The notes beneath the pieces were generated by a model. It saw nothing but the letters and a program-made list of their open reading frames with translations. It had not been told where the DNA came from and searched no databases. The position numbers and the translations under genes were made by a program. Source: a bacterium (GTDB lineage Bacteria > Sysuimicrobiota > Sysuimicrobiia > Sysuimicrobiales > Humicultoraceae). Taken from it: DNA of 59,117 bases. Of the stretch, positions 36,111 to 45,496 are shown in pieces; position 1 is the stretch's first letter; each line of letters opens with the position of its first letter. The stretch spans positions 1-59,117 of the forward strand of contig JBGQGY010000008.1 in NCBI GenBank assembly GCA_041497675.1. The letters run 5' to 3'.

Positions 36111-39100
36111 ATGATGCGGCGAACCTCACTGGTGGCGGCGCTGATCGTCGTCGCCGCGCTCGGTGTGGCCGTCACCTGGACCGTCAACGCTGCATCGCGC
36201 CGCGTCCGCGAGTTTGCCGTGGCCGCGGCCAGCGCCGCGTTGGGCCGCGAGGTGTCCATCGGACGAATCTCCGGCGACCCCTGGCGCGGCATCGTGCTCG
36301 AGGACCTCCGGATCACTCCCCGCGCCGGGCAGCCGGCCGATGAGCATACCTTTGCGGCCCGCCGGCTGACGGTGGTCTTCGATCCCGTCGCGCTGGTTCG
36401 TGACCTCTGGCGTCGGCGCGGAGCCGGCGCCAGCGTGTCGCAGATCATCCTCGATGAACCTGTCGTGCCCGTTGCGCGGGCCGCCGGCGGCCGATGGAAC
36501 GTCGATCAGTTGCTACGGGGTGTGAGCAGGCCCTCGGCGGGCGGAGCGTTCACCGGACGTGTGATCGTGATAGACGGCACCGTGCTGTACGCCGACCGCG
36601 AACGCCTTGCGCCACGGGCATTTCAGGCGCGGTTCGAAGAGGTGAACGGCACGGTGGATTTCTCGGCGATACCCCGCGTGCGCATGCGAGCGTCGTTCGT
36701 CGAGACCCGAGACGATCGCCGCATTCCGATTCGCGCCCGAGGCACATACACGACGACGACGGGCGACTGGGATATCGACCTGGACGCCAGCGAGGCCGAC
36801 GCCGCCGCGTGGGGACCATACATTCTTACCACGCCGGCATTCCGCATCACCGGCGGCCGGTTCGACGCCCGCGTGCACGTGCTCCGGAGCCGCGGCCGCG
36901 GCGACCGCCCGGCCACCGACGTACACGGACGCATCGTGCTTCGTCAGGGCCGCGCCTCGATTCCCGATCGCGGCGCGACGATCGCGGATACCAGCGGCGT
37001 CATCACGCTCACCAACCTGTCGCTCGGCACGGAGGGCCTCAAGGGAACGGTCAACGGGTCCGCGATGGAAGTGCGGGGCGAGATCAGCTTCCACGGCGAG
37101 CCGCACCTCAATCTGGCGGTGCGCTCGCAGGCCGTCGATTTGGCGATGCTGCGCCGCGTGCTGTTTCCCGGCACCCGCGTGAGCGTGAAGGGCGTCGCAT
37201 CGGGCGAGGCGCGGCTGGTGGGTCCGGTCACGATGCCGCGCGTCGACGGCCGGGTGACGGCCGCCCGCGGCGAGATCGATCATCAACCCTTTGCCGAGGC
37301 TGCCGGTGACTTTGCGGTGTACGGGCAGATGGTCCGCATTACCGGCGCCCGCGCACGGTCCGGTGATGCGCGGGTTGAAGGTGACGTGTGGTGGTCGCTC
37401 GCCGCGCCTGACTACGTGCTCAGGCTGCGGTTTGATGACGCCGATCGGGCCACCATGGTCAGGTGGGCACCCGGTCAGTTGCCCGACTTCACCGGTCGGG
37501 CGGCCGGCGCAGTGACGGCGATGCGCCGCGGCGATGCGTTGACGGTGGTGGGCCAGGCGTCGGTCGATCGCACAGAAATGGCGGGCGTGGCGCTCGACCG
37601 GCTCGATGCCAGCTTTAGTGTCGATCCGCGGGGCATCAGGCTTGACCAGGTGCAGGCCCGCCAGGCAACGTCGTCCGTGTTCTTGCGCGGGCGCGTGGAC
37701 AATGCGGGGCGCATGACGCTCTCGGCGCTCGCCCGCGACGTCGATCTTGAACACCTGCCCGGCGTGCCGATGACGGGGATGATCGGTGGCCGGGTCGACT
37801 TCGCCGGGCGGGTCACGGGATCGGTGGATTCACCCGTGATCTCCGGTGCAGTGCTGCTCGCGGGCGGTCGCTTTCGCGATCTGTCGTTTGACACCGCGCG
37901 CGGGCGTGTCACGCTGCAAACGGGCCGCCTGACCCTTGAGGATGTGACCGCGCGATCGGGTCGCAGCCGATTCGCGCTCGCCGGTCAGATTGCGTGGGGG
38001 GCCGAGACGCGCCTTGACCTCGATATTGAAGCCGAACACGCGCCGGCCGGCGTCCTCTCGCGCTGGCTGGAGGCACCGATGAGCGTGAGCGGGCAGGTCG
38101 ACGGCCGGATCCGCTTGTACGGTCTGGCGGACCGACCGTCCGCCGAAGGCCACGGCGTGCTGCGGGACGCGGAGATCCTCGGGCAGCACATCGACGAGGC
38201 GTCCGCGGCGTTCCGGTGGGACGGCACCCGGCTCAGGCTGGACCAGGGCGTGGCGCGACGTCGTCAATCGGTTATCGAGGCAAGCGGCCTGATCGATCGG
38301 CGGACCGGACTGAGCCTTGACGTCAAAGGTCGCGGGCTCGATCTTGCCGACGTCGCATTCTCCACGATCGGTGCCACGCGGGTCGAGGGGCAGGTGGACT
38401 TCGCGGGCCGCATCTCCGGGCGCACATCGTCGCCGATCCTCACGACGATGGCCCGATCGTCGACGCTGACGATCAACGGCCGGCGGTTCGATGATGCGGC
38501 CGGGCGCGTCCGCTGGGAAGACCAGATGCTCACCTTTGACGATTTCGTGCTTCGTCTAGGCTCGGAGCGGTACGACATCAATGGTGACATCGCCTTCGAC
38601 GGGACCCCGACCACGAGCCTCAGAGCCACCGTCGACAATGGTCGGCTGTCCACCCTCTTGGGGCTCGCCAACGTCCGGCTGGGGCTCCCCCTCGACGCGA
38701 CCATCAGCGGCTACGCGACTCTTGAGGGCCCGGTCGGCAATCCCGGCGCACATCTCGACCTGCGGCTCAGCGACGGACGCTTCGGCACACATCGGATCCT
38801 CGACGGCCGCGCGGACCTGACGCTGCGAGACGGGAACGTGACGATCGAAGAGTTCTTTATCCGCCCATCGCAGGGTACGATTGCGGCCCGCGGCACACTC
38901 AACTTGAGGGGCGAGAGCCAGGCCGAGATCAGCGGGAGCGACCTCGATCTGGATCTGCTCCGGCCCTTCACCAGGCTCACCCAGCCGCTGCTCGGTCGGC
39001 TGAGTTTTGCCACGCAGCTCGGCGGCACGCTTGTGGCTCCCGAGATCGGCTTCGCACTCGAATTGACGCGGGCAGGTATCCCGGGTGCGACGTTTGATTC

Positions 39101-40493
39101 GTTGGTCGCCAACGCGTTCTATCGAGACGGCGAGCTGCAGGTGCAGCAGGCGCTGCTGGTCCAGGACGGAAACAAGCTGCGCGCCTCAGGCTCGGCACCG
39201 TTCAACCCCGCGCTCATGCGGTTCGATGATCAGCGACCGATGGACTTCCGCATCACCCTGGCGGACGTCAACCTCGGGCTGCTGCGGCTCGTGACGACGC
39301 GCATCGAGGAAGCCGTGGGAGCGGTCGAGGGTGAAGTCCGCGTGACCGGTACTTCCACCGCGCCGCACGTGGCCGGCGGCGTGCAGGTGCGCAACGGACG
39401 GCTCAGGTTCAGCGGCCTGCAGACCCCGATCGAGAACGTGCGCGTCGACCTTCGCTTCGACGAGAGCCAGATCCGCATCCAGGAAGCCACGGCGACGATG
39501 GGTGGAGGCCAGGCTCGGCTTGACGGCGCGTTGCGGCTGGTGACGCTTGCGTCACCTGGGATCGCCCTGGTGGCAGCCGAAGATGCGCCCCTCACGCTGC
39601 GTGGTGCCGGGCTCCGCATCGTCTATCCACCGTTCCTGGACGTGCGTGCGGAAGGGCAGGCGCGGATCTGGGGCGCCATCGGCGATCCGCGCCGCCCCCT
39701 GACGATGGACGGTCGCATGACCGTCTCCGACGGGGTGGTGTCCGTGGTCGTGACCGAAGACAGCGGCGGGCCGCTGGACTTTCCGCTGGTGTTCCGCGGC
39801 GTGCGAATGGATGCGGGCCGGAACCTTGCGGTTCAAATGGGCGGGTTGCGATCCGACGTGGCCCCCGGAGGGTCGCTGGTGCTCACGGGTACGTTGCAGG
39901 CGCCGACCCTGGAAGGTACCGTCGAAGCCCAACAGGGGAAGATCGCCGCGTTGGGCAACGTGTTCGATGTCCGCAGCGCGATCGCGAGGTTCCAGCCACG
40001 GCAGGGGCTCCGGCCCACGGTTGAGGCCCGCGCCGAGACACAGGTTGGGACAACACGCATCTATCTGAACATCTCCGGGCTTGCCCCCGACCTCACCCTT
40101 GACCTCAGATCAGATCCCGACCTGTCCCGCGAGGAAGTCTTGGGATTGCTGGGCCGGCAGGCGGGCATCAGCCGGCTCTTGCAGGGCGACGTTGAAGGAC
40201 AGCTGCGCGCCTCCATCGGGCGCTTCCTGTTTGGGCGAGTGACGCTGGCCTTGGGACGGGCCATCGGCTTGACGGAACTCACCATCGACTACGACTTCGA
40301 GGGAGCGCTGGCCCTCAGGCTCGGCAAGCTATTGTTTCAGGACGTCTATCTGACCTACTCGACGACCCTCGGTCAACAGCCGTCGTGGCTCCTGGCCCTG
40401 GAGTACCGGTTCGCGCGCAACTGGCAGTTTACGCTTGGTCTCGATTCCCAGCGACGACGCGACGCGATCATCTGGTACACGACGCGATTCTAA
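36111..40493 (+). CDS. tamB: TamB/AsmA-like translocation-assembly protein (DUF490-like C-terminus)
   Basis: 1460 aa, N-terminal anchor, long beta-taco repeats, C-terminal LRSDPDLSREEVLGLL and beta strands ending WYTTRF. Confidence 0.85.
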   Translation: MMRRTSLVAALIVVAALGVAVTWTVNAASRRVREFAVAAASAALGREVSIGRISGDPWRGIVLEDLRITPRAGQPADEHTFAARRLTVVFDPVALVRDLWRRRGAGASVSQIILDEPVVPVARAAGGRWNVDQLLRGVSRPSAGGAFTGRVIVIDGTVLYADRERLAPRAFQARFEEVNGTVDFSAIPRVRMRASFVETRDDRRIPIRARGTYTTTTGDWDIDLDASEADAAAWGPYILTTPAFRITGGRFDARVHVLRSRGRGDRPATDVHGRIVLRQGRASIPDRGATIADTSGVITLTNLSLGTEGLKGTVNGSAMEVRGEISFHGEPHLNLAVRSQAVDLAMLRRVLFPGTRVSVKGVASGEARLVGPVTMPRVDGRVTAARGEIDHQPFAEAAGDFAVYGQMVRITGARARSGDARVEGDVWWSLAAPDYVLRLRFDDADRATMVRWAPGQLPDFTGRAAGAVTAMRRGDALTVVGQASVDRTEMAGVALDRLDASFSVDPRGIRLDQVQARQATSSVFLRGRVDNAGRMTLSALARDVDLEHLPGVPMTGMIGGRVDFAGRVTGSVDSPVISGAVLLAGGRFRDLSFDTARGRVTLQTGRLTLEDVTARSGRSRFALAGQIAWGAETRLDLDIEAEHAPAGVLSRWLEAPMSVSGQVDGRIRLYGLADRPSAEGHGVLRDAEILGQHIDEASAAFRWDGTRLRLDQGVARRRQSVIEASGLIDRRTGLSLDVKGRGLDLADVAFSTIGATRVEGQVDFAGRISGRTSSPILTTMARSSTLTINGRRFDDAAGRVRWEDQMLTFDDFVLRLGSERYDINGDIAFDGTPTTSLRATVDNGRLSTLLGLANVRLGLPLDATISGYATLEGPVGNPGAHLDLRLSDGRFGTHRILDGRADLTLRDGNVTIEEFFIRPSQGTIAARGTLNLRGESQAEISGSDLDLDLLRPFTRLTQPLLGRLSFATQLGGTLVAPEIGFALELTRAGIPGATFDSLVANAFYRDGELQVQQALLVQDGNKLRASGSAPFNPALMRFDDQRPMDFRITLADVNLGLLRLVTTRIEEAVGAVEGEVRVTGTSTAPHVAGGVQVRNGRLRFSGLQTPIENVRVDLRFDESQIRIQEATATMGGGQARLDGALRLVTLASPGIALVAAEDAPLTLRGAGLRIVYPPFLDVRAEGQARIWGAIGDPRRPLTMDGRMTVSDGVVSVVVTEDSGGPLDFPLVFRGVRMDAGRNLAVQMGGLRSDVAPGGSLVLTGTLQAPTLEGTVEAQQGKIAALGNVFDVRSAIARFQPRQGLRPTVEARAETQVGTTRIYLNISGLAPDLTLDLRSDPDLSREEVLGLLGRQAGISRLLQGDVEGQLRASIGRFLFGRVTLALGRAIGLTELTIDYDFEGALALRLGKLLFQDVYLTYSTTLGQQPSWLLALEYRFARNWQFTLGLDSQRRRDAIIWYTTRF

Positions 40494-40517
40494 GCGCCGC
40501 ACGAGGCGGGCTGCGAC

Positions 40518-40542
40518 AGGACTTCGTGGGACGGAGTCGAAA
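40518..40542 (+). promoter_or_regulatory. Spo0H-like promoter AGGA-N17-GAAA upstream of the cluster sigma factor
   Basis: acAGGA 40518-40521, 17 nt ending gtc, GAAA 40539-40542. Confidence 0.45.
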
Positions 40543-40586
40543 CGCACACACGGCGCAGGTCGGCCCTGCATCGGAGGACGGGACTC

Positions 40587-41234
40587 GTGTTTGCGGACTA
40601 CATGCGTGAGTTGCAGCACGTCGTGCTGCTCCGGCCCGATCAGGAGGCTGAGCTCTGGCGCGCCTATCGCCGCGGTGGCGACCGGGCCAGCCGTCAGCGG
40701 CTGATCGAATCCTACCAGCCGCTGGTCTTCAAAGTGGTCATGCACATGCGCCCTCCCGAGCCGCTGACGATGGATCTGATTCAGGAAGGGCTCGTGGGGT
40801 TGATCGAGGCCGTCGAACGCTTCGATTCCGACCGCGGGGTGCGTTTCTCGACCTTTGCCACCTATCGGATTCGGGGGCGGGTGCTCAACGCGCTCGACCG
40901 CGTGCGCGTTGAGATCTCGCTCGACCAGGTCCTCACCGCCACCGAGGATCTCTCACCGCTGGAGAAACTGGCGGATCCACACGCAGCCAGCGACCTGATC
41001 GAAGTCGAAGACCGCGCGCTGTTGGACGCCGTCATGGCACTGATCGAGCGCCTGCCGGCCAGAGAGCGGGCGGTGCTCGGGGCGGTCGTGGCCGCCAGAG
41101 AGCCGAAGGCCGCCGCGGCGGAGCTGCGTATCAGCCTCTCACACTTCTATCGACTCCAAAAGCAGGCCACCGAGCGCCTACGGGCGCTGCTGCGCACCGA
41201 AACCATGCACCACCCGCAGCGCGCACCCGGATAA
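40587..41234 (+). CDS. Sigma-70 family alternative sigma factor (group 3 / sporulation-sigma-like: regions 1.2, 2 and 4)
   Basis: DYMRELQHVVLL..DQEAELW, DLIQEGLVGLIEAVERFD..RGVRFSTFATYRIRG, LPARER, AAELRIS HTH; GGAGG SD. Confidence 0.88.
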   Translation: MFADYMRELQHVVLLRPDQEAELWRAYRRGGDRASRQRLIESYQPLVFKVVMHMRPPEPLTMDLIQEGLVGLIEAVERFDSDRGVRFSTFATYRIRGRVLNALDRVRVEISLDQVLTATEDLSPLEKLADPHAASDLIEVEDRALLDAVMALIERLPARERAVLGAVVAAREPKAAAAELRISLSHFYRLQKQATERLRALLRTETMHHPQRAPG

Positions 41235-41262
41235 TAGTAGTGTGGCGCAGGAGGGGGCAGGT

Positions 41263-41937
41263 ATGAAACACGACCAGGCGCAATTGTCCGAGCGAATCAC
41301 CAATGCCGAAGACTGGCTGGCTCGGGCTCGCCGGCAGTTGGAGCAGGGCGAGACCGCGCGAGGCACCTTGACCCTGTTGCTGGCTGAGGCCGAGGTCCAC
41401 CATGCGCGCGAAATCGGGATGGGCGCGGCGCCGGTTCGCGCGCCGCTGCCGCGTGTGCACGCGGCGATCGGGATGCTGACCGTCGTGGCCCTGGCCGCCG
41501 CCATCTGGGCGTCGGGCATCCAGCCCGCGACGGCGCCCCAGTCCACAGCCGTCGCATCGTCCACGACGGTTGTGAGGCTATCCGACGGCCACGGCAGCCT
41601 GTTGGAACTGGTGCAGGCGTCTGCCGTTGCCGACGCCAAGATCGATGAGAATCAGGGACTCCCGGTGAAGGTCAGAGTCGTGCGTGTTCCGGTGAGAAGC
41701 ATCATGACGCCGCCGATCCTGAGCGCGGCGCCTGTGCTTGCCATTTCTCGACCACCGGTCAGACTGGAGCCGGAGCCCGTGCCCGTCATCGCTGCGGCAC
41801 CGGTGCCGCCGTCGCCGCCCGCTGATGCGCCGGCCTCCGCTGCCGCGAAGCCGGGCTCACCCCCAGTTGTCAGCGATGCGAACTTGATTGACCAGGTCCT
41901 CGCGGCCGAGCGGTCGCTGCGGCGGGCAAACCAGTAG
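41263..41937 (+). CDS. Single-pass membrane protein, possible anti-sigma / sigma partner
   Basis: Helical N-terminal domain (WLARARRQLEQG...LLLAEAE), one TM (AAIGMLTVVALAAAIW), Pro-rich periplasmic tail; ATG 41263 after GGAGG. Confidence 0.6.
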   Translation: MKHDQAQLSERITNAEDWLARARRQLEQGETARGTLTLLLAEAEVHHAREIGMGAAPVRAPLPRVHAAIGMLTVVALAAAIWASGIQPATAPQSTAVASSTTVVRLSDGHGSLLELVQASAVADAKIDENQGLPVKVRVVRVPVRSIMTPPILSAAPVLAISRPPVRLEPEPVPVIAAAPVPPSPPADAPASAAAKPGSPPVVSDANLIDQVLAAERSLRRANQ

Positions 41938-41946
41938 CCGAGAGGG

Positions 41947-41976
41947 TTGCGCGTCGACCGACCCGGATGCTAGCCT
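41947..41976 (+). promoter_or_regulatory. Sigma-A-like promoter for bamA
   Basis: TTGCGC-N18-TAGCCT with TG extended -10. Confidence 0.4.
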
Positions 41977-42055
41977 GAGCAGGCACCACCGTGCCTTCCA
42001 CAGCCCGCGCGGTGCCTGAACCTCACCCACAGCTTCGCTCACCGGAAGGGGGAAG

Positions 42056-44116
42056 ATGTTGCCCGTTTGCTGGCTCACGCGCAGGCGTCTCATTGCCGTC
42101 GCCACCCTGCTGATTGCCGTGCCCGCCACGGTGGTTGGTCTGGCGGGCTCGGCCAAGACTCAGCAGGCGCCTCCGCTCAGAATCGCACAACAGCCCAGCC
42201 CGACTCCACAACCCAGCCCGTCGCCTCGCCCGACGCCGACGACCGCGCCGCGGGCGACACCATCGCCGGCGGTCACACCGGCGCAGTCGCCGCCGGCACC
42301 CGTTCCGTCACCGGGAGGCGCGCCATCCCCGGCGCCATCCCCGGCGACTTCACCGGCACCCGGTACGTCACCGGCCCCGGGCGCATCGCCCTCGCCGGCA
42401 CCCTCGCCGACCGCGACGCCCCAGCCCAAGGTGGTGGAGGTGGTGGTACGCGGGCTCGAACGTGTGCCTGAGTCGGTCGTACTTGACTCGATCGGCGTGC
42501 GCGTCGGCGAACTGTTCTTCGACGAGCGGCTGCGCGCCGATGTGGCGGCGATCATCGCGACGGGGTGGTTTGCGGACGTCAACGTCCGGGTCGAACCCGC
42601 GCGCGATGGGGTGCGGGTCGCCTTCATCGTCGTCGAGAACCCGGAGATCACGGCGATCACGATCGAAGGCAACACCGTGATTCCCACGCCGGAGCTGCAG
42701 CGCGCGCTGGACGTCCCCTTCAATCAGGTGTTGAACATTGTGCGGCTGCGCGATGGGGCACGCCGGATGGAGAAGCTCTACGAGGAGCGGGGGTACGTTC
42801 TTGCCCGCGTCGTCGACATCGGCATCTCCGCAGAGGGCGGCGCCAGCCTCCGGTTGCGCATCTCTGAAGGCAAAGTCGAGGCGATCGAGTACAAGGGCCT
42901 GGTAAAAACGCAGCGATTCGTGGTCGAGCGGGGCGCCCAGCTCAAACCCGGGGCGGTGTTCAACATCAACGCCCTCAACAAGGACCTGCAGCGTCTCTTC
43001 GATCTCGGGCTGTTTGACAACGTACAGGCGCGCCCGCGCCCTGGGTCGACGCCTGAGGTCGTCGTGGTCGAGATCGAGGTCAAGGAACAGCGGACACAGC
43101 AGGCGCGTTTTGGGCTAGGCTACAGCGACCGCACGGGTATCGTCGGGCTGCTTGAGTACAGTGAGCGCAACTGGAAGGGGCGCAACCAGCAGGTCACTGT
43201 GCGCTTCGAGCGGGGGCTGGGTGAGCGCAACATTCCCACCCTGACCGGTCCGGCACCCAGCAACTTCTCGTTCTCGTTCCGCAACCCGCACGTCGACGAT
43301 CGGCGGACGGCCATGGAGATCACCCTCTATCAGAGCACCACGACCGAGGCCGAGTATCCCTTCGCGGGGACCGCGCCGAATTCCCGATTCAACCTCCAAC
43401 GCCTGGGCAGCCTCATCGCCTTTACGCGTCCCATCGACGCCACGACGACAATCACGCTGCGTGTGCGGTCGGAGCGCTCGAGCCTCTTCGCGCTGCCGCT
43501 GGACCCGGGGGTGGCGCCGTGCGACACGAACCCTGACGACCCGCTGTGCCCGAAGCCCCTGCCGGTCAACTTCATCCCCGGCCGTACCGTGGCGGTGTCA
43601 CTCATCGGTCTTCGCGACACCCGCGACAACCGCATTCTCCCGACCAAAGGCTCAAAAATTCAAGTCGCGGCGGATCTCGGAGTTCCGATTCTCGGCGGCG
43701 AGTTCTCGTTTGGGAAGTACAGCGGGGAGTATGTTCGTTACTTCAAGGTCGGCCCAGGCGTGTTCGTCGCCCGGACGCTCCTAGGGATCAGCCACGGGAA
43801 CCTCCCCGCGCAGGAACAGTTCTTCCTCGGGGGCAGCTCCTCGCTGCGCGCGTATACGTACGGCCGGTTCCGTGGCAACAGCCTGGCGCTGGTCAACGCG
43901 GAGTTCCGCGCGCCGTTGGGCTGGCTGGCGCGGCAACTCAAGGACTTTACGGGGATCGTCTTCATTGACGCCGGTGGCGCGCCGATCTCGACAAACCTCG
44001 TGTACGGGGCCGGTGTTGGGATCAGCGTGCAGACGCCGATCGGACCGATCCGCATCGACTACGCCGTAGGTCAGGAGGGGCGTCAAACCTGGTTGACGAT
44101 TGGCGCGCCGTTTTGA
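42056..44116 (+). CDS. bamA: Omp85/BamA outer-membrane assembly protein
   Basis: Signal peptide, Pro/Ser/Thr linker, three POTRA-like repeats, barrel with ERNWKG, DTRDN..PTKG, FFLGG..SLRAY, GPIRIDYA, C-terminal Phe. Confidence 0.9.
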   Translation: MLPVCWLTRRRLIAVATLLIAVPATVVGLAGSAKTQQAPPLRIAQQPSPTPQPSPSPRPTPTTAPRATPSPAVTPAQSPPAPVPSPGGAPSPAPSPATSPAPGTSPAPGASPSPAPSPTATPQPKVVEVVVRGLERVPESVVLDSIGVRVGELFFDERLRADVAAIIATGWFADVNVRVEPARDGVRVAFIVVENPEITAITIEGNTVIPTPELQRALDVPFNQVLNIVRLRDGARRMEKLYEERGYVLARVVDIGISAEGGASLRLRISEGKVEAIEYKGLVKTQRFVVERGAQLKPGAVFNINALNKDLQRLFDLGLFDNVQARPRPGSTPEVVVVEIEVKEQRTQQARFGLGYSDRTGIVGLLEYSERNWKGRNQQVTVRFERGLGERNIPTLTGPAPSNFSFSFRNPHVDDRRTAMEITLYQSTTTEAEYPFAGTAPNSRFNLQRLGSLIAFTRPIDATTTITLRVRSERSSLFALPLDPGVAPCDTNPDDPLCPKPLPVNFIPGRTVAVSLIGLRDTRDNRILPTKGSKIQVAADLGVPILGGEFSFGKYSGEYVRYFKVGPGVFVARTLLGISHGNLPAQEQFFLGGSSSLRAYTYGRFRGNSLALVNAEFRAPLGWLARQLKDFTGIVFIDAGGAPISTNLVYGAGVGISVQTPIGPIRIDYAVGQEGRQTWLTIGAPF

Positions 44117-45396
44117 GGCGGCCGCTCGGCCGAATCCTGCCGGCGGCCCTCGTCTTGCTGGCTCTGCTGGCGTCCCTGGCGCACGCTGCCGATCCGGTGC
44201 AGCGGGTCGAGGTCCGGCTCACAGTGGAGGGCGGCGATCCGCATCCGCTGATCGTGCAACGTCTCGTCGAGACAGTTGGGACAGCCGCCGAACGGCTCCT
44301 GGTTGGCCGCGACAGCGAGCTCGTCGGCCGGCAGGAAGCGGCCCTGGCCGGCGTCTTGCGGGAAGTGGTCGACCGCGTGGTGCGCGGCTACCGCGTCACA
44401 AGCCTGAGTTTTCAGCCCGCCGCTACGACGATCGTGCAGGTAGCGGTACAGGCGCGCCCTCCGGTGCTGGGGGAGGTCCCCGTGACGGTGACGCTGCAGG
44501 GCGTGCACCCTGACGCCCAACCGCTGGTACGGGGCGTGCTTGAGCCGGCCCTCCCGGAGCTGAGTCGGCTCTCTGCGCGCCTGCCCACCGACGCGCTGGA
44601 GTGGGCGGGTCCGATCATCGAGCGTCGGGTCACCGAGGTGGTCGAGGCGACCCTTGTCGGATTCACGGCCACGGGCCGCGTCGAGATCACGCCGACGCCG
44701 CGCATCATGGCGGTCGTCACTGCCAGGGATTCTCGCACGGTGCGGGACCTCGGCATTCGGTTCCGGTCGTCGTCCATCCCCTACGTCCTGCTGAGTCCGC
44801 ACATCCCGCAGGTGACGTCGATGGCTGAACTGCTCCGGGGCCTGCCGGTCACGTTTGCCACCGCGCAGCGGGAGCGGCTCCAGGCGCTGATCGGTGAGCG
44901 CCTCGCAGCCTACCAGCCGGTGAAGGACTACTCGGTCGTTGCGCGCCCGGTGCTGCAGGTTGCCGAAGTCACGTACGTCACGGTGTTGGCCGATTCGACC
45001 CTGTATCGCGGGCGTCTGGACGCTCGGCTCAACTTCGGCACCGCGGCACCTGTGCCTGATGTCCGTGGGCAGCTGGGGCGGGCCTTTGGTTCACTCGAGC
45101 CGTTCGTGGAGTTCAGGCTGATCCCATCAAACCTCGCGGTGCGGACGCTTGCAGGGCTGCGGTTCGATCTCGGCGAGAGCACGACGCTCGGGTTCAGGAT
45201 GCGGTTGGACGGCGAGGAGACGGAAGGGTTCGTCCTGCAGCGCCTCTCGCCGGATCTGCAGCTGAAGGGTGCGTATTTTCTGCGCGCGGATACGATCGAG
45301 ATCACGTTCGCGTACCGGTTCACCGACTTTCTGTCGTGGGAGGCGGTCGTGACCTCGCGCGGGCTATTATACGTGAGCATCGTGAGCAATCTCTAG
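44113..45396 (+). CDS. Uncharacterised exported protein with C-terminal amphipathic beta-strands (probable OM beta-barrel)
   Basis: Signal peptide ending AHA, alpha/beta N-region, about 10 alternating strands at the C-terminus; TTGA overlap with the bamA stop. Confidence 0.65.
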   Translation: MRRPLGRILPAALVLLALLASLAHAADPVQRVEVRLTVEGGDPHPLIVQRLVETVGTAAERLLVGRDSELVGRQEAALAGVLREVVDRVVRGYRVTSLSFQPAATTIVQVAVQARPPVLGEVPVTVTLQGVHPDAQPLVRGVLEPALPELSRLSARLPTDALEWAGPIIERRVTEVVEATLVGFTATGRVEITPTPRIMAVVTARDSRTVRDLGIRFRSSSIPYVLLSPHIPQVTSMAELLRGLPVTFATAQRERLQALIGERLAAYQPVKDYSVVARPVLQVAEVTYVTVLADSTLYRGRLDARLNFGTAAPVPDVRGQLGRAFGSLEPFVEFRLIPSNLAVRTLAGLRFDLGESTTLGFRMRLDGEETEGFVLQRLSPDLQLKGAYFLRADTIEITFAYRFTDFLSWEAVVTSRGLLYVSIVSNL

Positions 45397-45496
45397 GCTG
45401 CGCGCGGCGCGACGGCCGCGTTGACATGGTGGAGTAGAATGTACGTGTGCCGTTTGCCGATCGCAAACGGAGACGGTGCGTGAGGAGGGGTGAGTG

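Noticed and set aside
32525..41234. Evidence that the organism sporulates
   Set aside because: SpoIVB-like and sigma genes alone are insufficient. No spo0A, spoII, spoIII or spoIVF genes are in the window, and the context is OM biogenesis.
42190..42425. Short tandem repeats (e.g. CCATCCCCGGCG twice) as a CRISPR or VNTR
   Set aside because: In-frame degenerate codons for the PSPAP linker of BamA; no repeat-spacer periodicity and no cas genes.
45421..45440. TTGACA and TAGAAT upstream of the ompH genes as a canonical -35/-10 pair
   Set aside because: They are only 8 nt apart. The -10 may be real, but the pair cannot form a standard sigma-70 promoter, and there is no clear operator symmetry.
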